DNA from: Craspedostauros australis
Taxonomy: Eukaryota
DNA length: 49,806 nt
Direction of reading: 5' to 3'
Assembly (NCBI GenBank): GCA_030167865.1
Contig: JALAGF010003661.1
Coordinates: 1 to 49,806 of the forward strand
In this document: positions 43,684 to 49,806 of the stretch, one piece after another
Position numbering within the stretch: position 1 is the stretch's first letter
Layout of the letters: each line of letters starts with the position of its first letter
Position numbers and translations under genes: made by a program
The notes under the pieces: model-generated
Databases searched by the model: none
What the model saw: the letters and a program-made list of their open reading frames with translations, nothing else
What the model was told of the DNA's origin: nothing

Positions 43684-46037
43684 AAATGGACATTGGCATT
43701 AAAATATGATATAATATATTAATACAATCGACTTGGGTATGTCTACTCTATGTTATGGCTACAACACAAGGTTGTGTTGGAGAAGGGACGTTACGCTCCT
43801 TGAAGCTGAATTGGAACAGAGCAGAGCAATATCATGTGGATCGACGAAGAGAAGCAATCGAAAACAACAACAACAACACTCTGCCAAGGATTAGGTGGAG
43901 GTACGCAAGGTGGAGAATCAAACAGTCTCAGCAACAACAGCAAACAGACTGGAGTGGACGATGCATTGCCGCATCGCATCGCACAGTCATGCTCAAGCAT
44001 GCGGACAACTGCAGAGAATCAGGAGAAAACGTACAACAGTGTCCTACTGACAAGAGTGTCGACAGGAAACATTGCCCCAAACAGAGAGAAACAGAGACGA
44101 GCGTAGGGACAAAATGGAATGACATCAAACATAATGAGAGTAAGAGTAGTGAAGGGAAGCAAGTGTGTTTGTGAGTTGAGGAGGAATGAAGTGGCGCGTC
44201 GTCGTCGTCGTTGTTGTGCATCAGTATCAGTATCAACATCAATATCGGTATCAGCACCACCATGATGAGGAATGTGTATTCCTCGCGCCCCATGGCCCAT
44301 CATCTCGTTACCGTTGACTATTTGATCCAGTCAGGTCAAGCCAAGTCAAGTCAGACTACTCGTAATATATTGATTCAACAAGTGCGCTTGTGTAACGCAT
44401 TCTGCAGAAATGGTGTAGAATATGTATAGGTTTGTCGTCATCCTTGATTCGATGGGGTTGGCCAGGGTGTACGAGTATGGTAGTATGTATGCATGCATGT
44501 ATTGTACAAGTATGCAACTCCTCAAGCCTGCTGCATGGTATTCAGGCAGTCAACGAAGCAGATCCAGCCAAATTGAGAGAGGGAAACAGGAGAGTGGGTG
44601 GTACTTACTGCATTGTTGCCTACCAGCATTCAGACGGAATAGCCAACAGATGTTAGAGTTGGGCTTCGGTGTCTCCAACCTGGATTGTCATGGTCATAAT
44701 ATGGTGAGAAGAATGATGGAGTGGGCAATGATGAATGGTATGTTGGTGAGAATGTGATGGCATCTCTGTGAAGGAGACGTGCTAAATACCACCGGAACGA
44801 CCGCAGCAGCAGCAGCGACAGTTGTAGAGGCTTCAGAGCACAAACAGCATCCACTGGCAGAGTCCGATCACACTGTTGTGCGCTATGACAAAAGTCTCAA
44901 TCATTTCGAGCTTTGTGCCCTTTCAGTCCTATCGATCCTTGTTTTGATTGGTGTATCGTCATTCTCATTGCCAGCGCTGATGGCTGTTGTACGTATCTGT
45001 TGCTGCTGCTGTTATTGCTTGTGATGATGATGATGATGATGGTGTCGTATGGCTTTCGCAGTTGGGCATCGGCTGGCTTGCTGGATGGGATACGCATACA
45101 TCAACGCATCCTGCACCATGCCAACTCATCTAGACTCAACTCAACTCAACTCAAGCTATGCCACGTTCAATGGGCTTCCTTGACTCACCTGGTATGACAC
45201 GACATGCTCTGCTCTTGCAAACATACACAGAGTACTCAATGGATCAAGCATCATCATGCTGGTCGCACACGACGATGCCGATCATTGAACTCTTCTCCCT
45301 CCTCCTCATTGCCATTGCCATTGTCATCTCCGTCTCCATCGCCTTGTTTGTGGTGCTCATCTGTTTTTGTGCCGGGCGTGGGCTTCACATCAAATTGTGT
45401 GCATGATGGGTTTGGATCCAAATCATGATTTCTTGATCGTTTTGGCGACAAGGAACTCGTCCGTGGCTACCAAGGTCATTGAAAGATACCACAGTTCCGA
45501 ATTCCAGATTCCCTCCCTCCAAACGCGAGTCTTCCCCACCATCGCCAAAATGCATGTCTTGTGACATCAAGGCTCGGTTTTGTGCGTGACGCCGTCGTGC
45601 AATATATAAAGACATGAAAATGATATTACGTCCGACAATGGCATAAGCGATTCGATTAGTATCACGATTAACCGTTGCAACGTATCTTGCCAATTTGGTA
45701 CGATCCAAACGCTCGGCACAAACTGCCTCCACATTGTCATCTCTACGTCCTCACAATTTGACCATCGATCAAAGCGAAGCATCAACGCATCAACGCATCA
45801 GTACATCAACAGGAAACAATAAAATCCTCGGCGGTCGTGCCAACCACACATACAAGCCTGAATGGAAGGCAGACACAACGTCCCTGCACCACAACACAGC
45901 GCAACGCAGCACAACGTCGCACGGCACAGCACGCCACATCATCGACGAAGAGATCAAATCGAAACGGATGCGTCCATAGATTCACAACTCAACGCATCAA
46001 ACATCAAGCCCCGACAAGCCGAAGCTGAAACACCGTC

Positions 46038-47774
46038 ATGCAGATGAAGCAAAGATCCAAAGCGACGCTGCTGGCGGTTGTTGCCGTCATTCCGTTTGTG
46101 GCGTTGCTGTCAGTCCACTTCTACCACTACCATGGCGCGAAAAATGACGAAAGTGCTCAGCAACAACAGGGACAGAGACGACGATTGTCGGCGTACCATC
46201 GCTGGATCGATTCCACCTTCGTCATCAGCAACCGCGCCGGGATCAACGCCACAGACTTCGTCACGCAAGGACACGTGCCAGGATACCTGGGTCTGCAGTC
46301 GGCCTACGAAGGATTGGCCATCGAAAGCGTCAAGACTTTTCGATGGACGAAGTACATCCCAAGCACAGCCGAGATCGTTTCAGTCGAGGACATCCACTGC
46401 CCATCCTGTATCATCGGCGAGGCCTGGTGTCAGCGCGTCAGGGCCCAATTCGAAATGGGCATGCACTTCGGTTCGCCTGGACTTGTCATGCTGCCGCAGG
46501 TCATGACAGACATCGTCAATGGGATGATCGAGGATGGCGATCTGCGCCAATCAACGCAGGATCTCGTCGTCAACGTCGTCAACGGTGATCCCGTCTGCCA
46601 TCTGGTGACCGGCGAGAGCATCGCGCTGAACCATCCAGCAGGTGTCGAAGAAGGCTACATTTCCAACAGCCCCAACGATCTGGGTTTGCGCTTCAGCAAG
46701 AACCCCAAGATGGATCCGCCGTACTGGCTCATGGACGATCCCGAATACTTCCAGCTGGGTGCGCAGGATTATCCCATCACGTTCGACATGGCCAAGACAC
46801 TTCGCAACGAGACGGCGGCCATCAGTGTGATGCAGGATGAGGACTGCCTGGAGTGCATCATCAACATGACCGATCTGATCAACGCAACGAAGGTCGTCAT
46901 GACGTACCCCGAGAACGACCCAGCGTCCACATTTTGGAATGAGCTGTGGGAAGTCATCTACCTGCAGCTCCATCGGCGATCGAACAGCCCCATCGAACCG
47001 TACCTGAAGCTGCCCAAGATCTGGACCGGGTACTCCATCGGTCAGGTCGCGGAGGCCGTGCGCAACGACTATCCAGGCACGTACCACGTGGAGCTGATCA
47101 AGCAGCTGTTCGGCGGTGGGTTGGACACTCCCCATCTTCCCAACTGCGAGGACTGCGCCGTCATCGATCGATCCATCATCCCATCGACGTCATCGGCCTC
47201 CTTCCTTCGCGGTGTCGTCATGCTGGCCGATCTCTGCACATGGGCCTTCGGCGCGGTCGGGCCGCAGAACTTCCAAACGAAGTGGCATGTCGGACGACCG
47301 CGTCCCGAGGAGGTTGTGTGGAAGATCTACAACGGCGAACTCACGGAGAGCGACGGAGTCCCATCGGCCATCGTCACCATAGTGAAGACGAGATTCGAGC
47401 TGGATCGCATGCAGGACTTCACGGCGTACAGCGAAGGATCACCGGATCATCCGTCCTTCCCGGCCATGCACTCGGCTTCCAGCGCGGCATCGATCTGGCT
47501 GGCAGTCGTGCTGGATCTCACCCACGAGCAATGGTGCGAGGTGAAGGCTGTGGACTACGCCGTTGCCTATGGACGCACGGTTGCTGGCGTGCACTACCAC
47601 ACGGACAACATCGCTGGGCTGAACCTTGGCCAAGAGATCTTGGCGCGCCTGATGCCTGACCACTTCGCGGCAAAGTATGGAAGCGACCCGGATGCTGTGC
47701 GAGCGAAGATCCAGAAGCTGCGTTTCGATTGGAATGACTACCTCACATCGGACTGCTTCGACGACGATGAATGA
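46038..47774 (+). CDS. PAP2-superfamily / vanadium-dependent haloperoxidase-like protein with an N-terminal membrane anchor
   Basis: 578-aa intronless ORF with all three PAP2/VHPO motifs: KWHVGRPRPE, SPDHPSFPAMHS and GRTVAGVHYHTD. The N-terminal hydrophobic segment is LLAVVAVIPFVALLSV. Confidence 0.85.
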   Translation: MQMKQRSKATLLAVVAVIPFVALLSVHFYHYHGAKNDESAQQQQGQRRRLSAYHRWIDSTFVISNRAGINATDFVTQGHVPGYLGLQSAYEGLAIESVKTFRWTKYIPSTAEIVSVEDIHCPSCIIGEAWCQRVRAQFEMGMHFGSPGLVMLPQVMTDIVNGMIEDGDLRQSTQDLVVNVVNGDPVCHLVTGESIALNHPAGVEEGYISNSPNDLGLRFSKNPKMDPPYWLMDDPEYFQLGAQDYPITFDMAKTLRNETAAISVMQDEDCLECIINMTDLINATKVVMTYPENDPASTFWNELWEVIYLQLHRRSNSPIEPYLKLPKIWTGYSIGQVAEAVRNDYPGTYHVELIKQLFGGGLDTPHLPNCEDCAVIDRSIIPSTSSASFLRGVVMLADLCTWAFGAVGPQNFQTKWHVGRPRPEEVVWKIYNGELTESDGVPSAIVTIVKTRFELDRMQDFTAYSEGSPDHPSFPAMHSASSAASIWLAVVLDLTHEQWCEVKAVDYAVAYGRTVAGVHYHTDNIAGLNLGQEILARLMPDHFAAKYGSDPDAVRAKIQKLRFDWNDYLTSDCFDDDE

Positions 47775-47859
47775 AGGAACGGACTCATGAACGCATGAAC
47801 GACAGTACGCAACAAAAACGGGGACGAGTGGTCAAGTAGGAGCACTCGATAGATAGACT

Positions 47860-47861
<2 letters not shown>

Positions 47862-47891
<30 letters not shown>
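47862..47891. repeat. (GA)n microsatellite
   Basis: About 15 AG dinucleotides downstream of the haloperoxidase-like gene. Confidence 0.9.
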
Positions 47892-47896
<5 letters not shown>

Positions 47897-49454
47897 AGAG
47901 CCACAGCACCATGAATCGATGATTAGAATCAAGAAAGCAAGAACAAGTGAACAGAAACGAAAAACGCAACACAACAGAACACAGCCAAGAACTGGCTGGA
48001 ACAGCAACAGCCAACACTCCGATTCGAACAAACAGCCAATCCTGGACAAATGAACAAACACGCAAACAGACACCAATCAACATACCATACTTCATAAACA
48101 TAGGCACACTTGTGTTGACATCTCCGTGCGATGCCAGGCGCTTCCTCGGACGAGCAAAATCCAATCAGGCGCCACACCGGTTTGGAAAGGAAACGCCACC
48201 AACTCGCGAAACACATGAGTGGTTGTGATTGGCTGAGCGACTCCGACTATAGGAGGTGTCACGAGTACAGCACGTGTCATGTCCTCCATCAGTATGTCCG
48301 CGCATCAATCATCGCGCCGAGGACCGGCAGCGATACGCAAACGCGCGAACAGACATGAAGGCAAGGACACCAGACAGTCAACACCCACATCACCTCCGCG
48401 AGGTATGGTATCATCCATGAAAGATGACAGACAGAGCACGTCGAGTGTGGCGTGGGAACGAATTCCGCGTGAACTGTCCGTGTAGCCGCATCTCCACAGG
48501 CGACATGGATACAGGTTGTTTCACGGTGCATCGCAGCATGTCGGAGCATTCACAGGTTTGCGTACCACGGATCATTCCACACGACTTGAGCTGTACAACA
48601 CCGGCTGATTTGGAAAACAGAACCGAAGATGATCTCCTTTTGCGTGATGCTCTTGTTTGCTTCGGTGGACGAACGCAGCCTCCCACGATTCTGTGGCTGT
48701 GCATTCTTAGCCTCTGTTGCGATACCCCTCGAAAGTGATTTCGGCCCATGCCCTGCTGCTGCCGAACGTGTTCTCCTTCCTTTGTGTTGGAAGTGAAGGT
48801 CCCAGCACTTCCAGGTAGTAAGTAGTTCACATGAATCTGAGTTCGCTGTCGAAACAACACCCATTCCATCTTTCTGCTCTCCGAAAAAGGGAGGGATTCA
48901 CCACAATGTTCCTCTTGTTTCGTGATGTCGCCAACTTTATGACAATAACACGACAACAACACAACAACAACACGACAACAACACTTTGTGGACTCAGTTT
49001 TGGTGAACTTGGGTATTTTTGCACGTGTCTCCTGTTAAGTGGCGAGAAGGCAACCATGGGGTTGCCTTGTTGCTGGTTTGGCGAGAGTCGACAAAGATTG
49101 CGGAACGTGGTCGTGTACGACTCTTTGCACGACCATGTGGACACCAAGGATCACGGGATGCACAAGAGCCTCTCTGGTCTTGGACGAAGCCCTGATTCTG
49201 CCCGTTACTCACTTGAGGCTCGTCGCATTTCTCTGTGCGTCTTCCTGACAAAAAATGAAATGAGGGAAACCGAGCGAATGAACAAGCGGGGAACTTGTAT
49301 AATCAAGAGAGCACTCGGACTTCTCCAACGCGTGTGCGGAGGTAGGCCTTTATGTGTCAATTCAGTGGTGGTGTTGTTGGTTGTTCGCGTCAACATCACA
49401 GCTTGCGCAGTGGATGATATCCATAATGATTTTGGCCTGGTACTGGCCTACGTA

Positions 49455-49561
49455 GCTTGCGTCCGGACGCAAATTGGACGCTCAGTTTGCGTCCCCACGC
49501 AAATTGGACGCTCAGTTTGCGTCCCCACGCAAATTGGGCCAATTTGCGTCCGGACGCAAGC
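49455..49561. repeat. Nested palindromic tandem repeat bounded by perfect 23-bp inverted repeats
   Basis: The left end gcttgcgtccggacgcaaattgg is the exact reverse complement of the right end ccaatttgcgtccggacgcaagc. Four copies of TTGCGT-N4-ACGCAA lie at 30, 30 and 27 bp spacing. Confidence 0.9.
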
Positions 49562-49806
49562 GGCGACTCAACGGACTCGCCCAAATACGCTTTACGAGAA
49601 GCCGTTTTTTTTTCAAACCCTTTTTCGCTGGCCATCTCGACTCACGACATGACTCATGTCTTACATCGATAATAATCGCTGCAGTTGTGGTAATTGAACA
49701 AACAATAATCATGATTCGTGCCCCACCCTCCTTGTTGTGTTACACCGTTGCCAGGATTTTGGTGTTGTTGTCAGGAGCGTGGTGGATGACATCAAAATCA
49801 AAAAGT

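Noticed and set aside
49455..49561. CRISPR-like appearance of palindromic repeats
   Set aside because: The intervening sequences are only 9-12 nt and two are identical; there are no cas genes and the context is eukaryotic.

Overview
Gene-dense eukaryotic nuclear DNA, most likely from a pennate diatom. This is inferred from short GT-AG introns, a bipartite plastid presequence with an AxAFAP cleavage motif, and gene families typical of diatoms. I can support 16 protein-coding genes: a TPP1/Est3-like OB-fold protein, an ABC1/UbiB kinase, an RVxF/CSRNP-N-like protein, a DYRK1-type kinase (3 exons), an unknown 5-TM protein, a 7-exon type II membrane LRR protein, a C4C4 RING protein, a divergent ORC3, NDUFAF6, a membrane-anchored SET-domain protein, a TM9SF/nonaspanin, a small plastid-targeted membrane protein, an RluA-family pseudouridine synthase, TFIIH Tfb2/p52, a double-BTB protein and a PAP2/vanadium-haloperoxidase-like protein. 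There are also microsatellites, a 42-nt hairpin downstream of the DYRK gene and a 107-bp nested palindromic repeat near the right end. I found no rRNA, tRNA, CRISPR array or transposase. The most notable observations are the probable shelterin (TPP1-like) and ORC3 homologues, the all-phase-1 modular LRR exons, the haloperoxidase-like enzyme with an altered PAMH motif, and the palindromic array. All family assignments come from reading motifs by eye, not from database searches.
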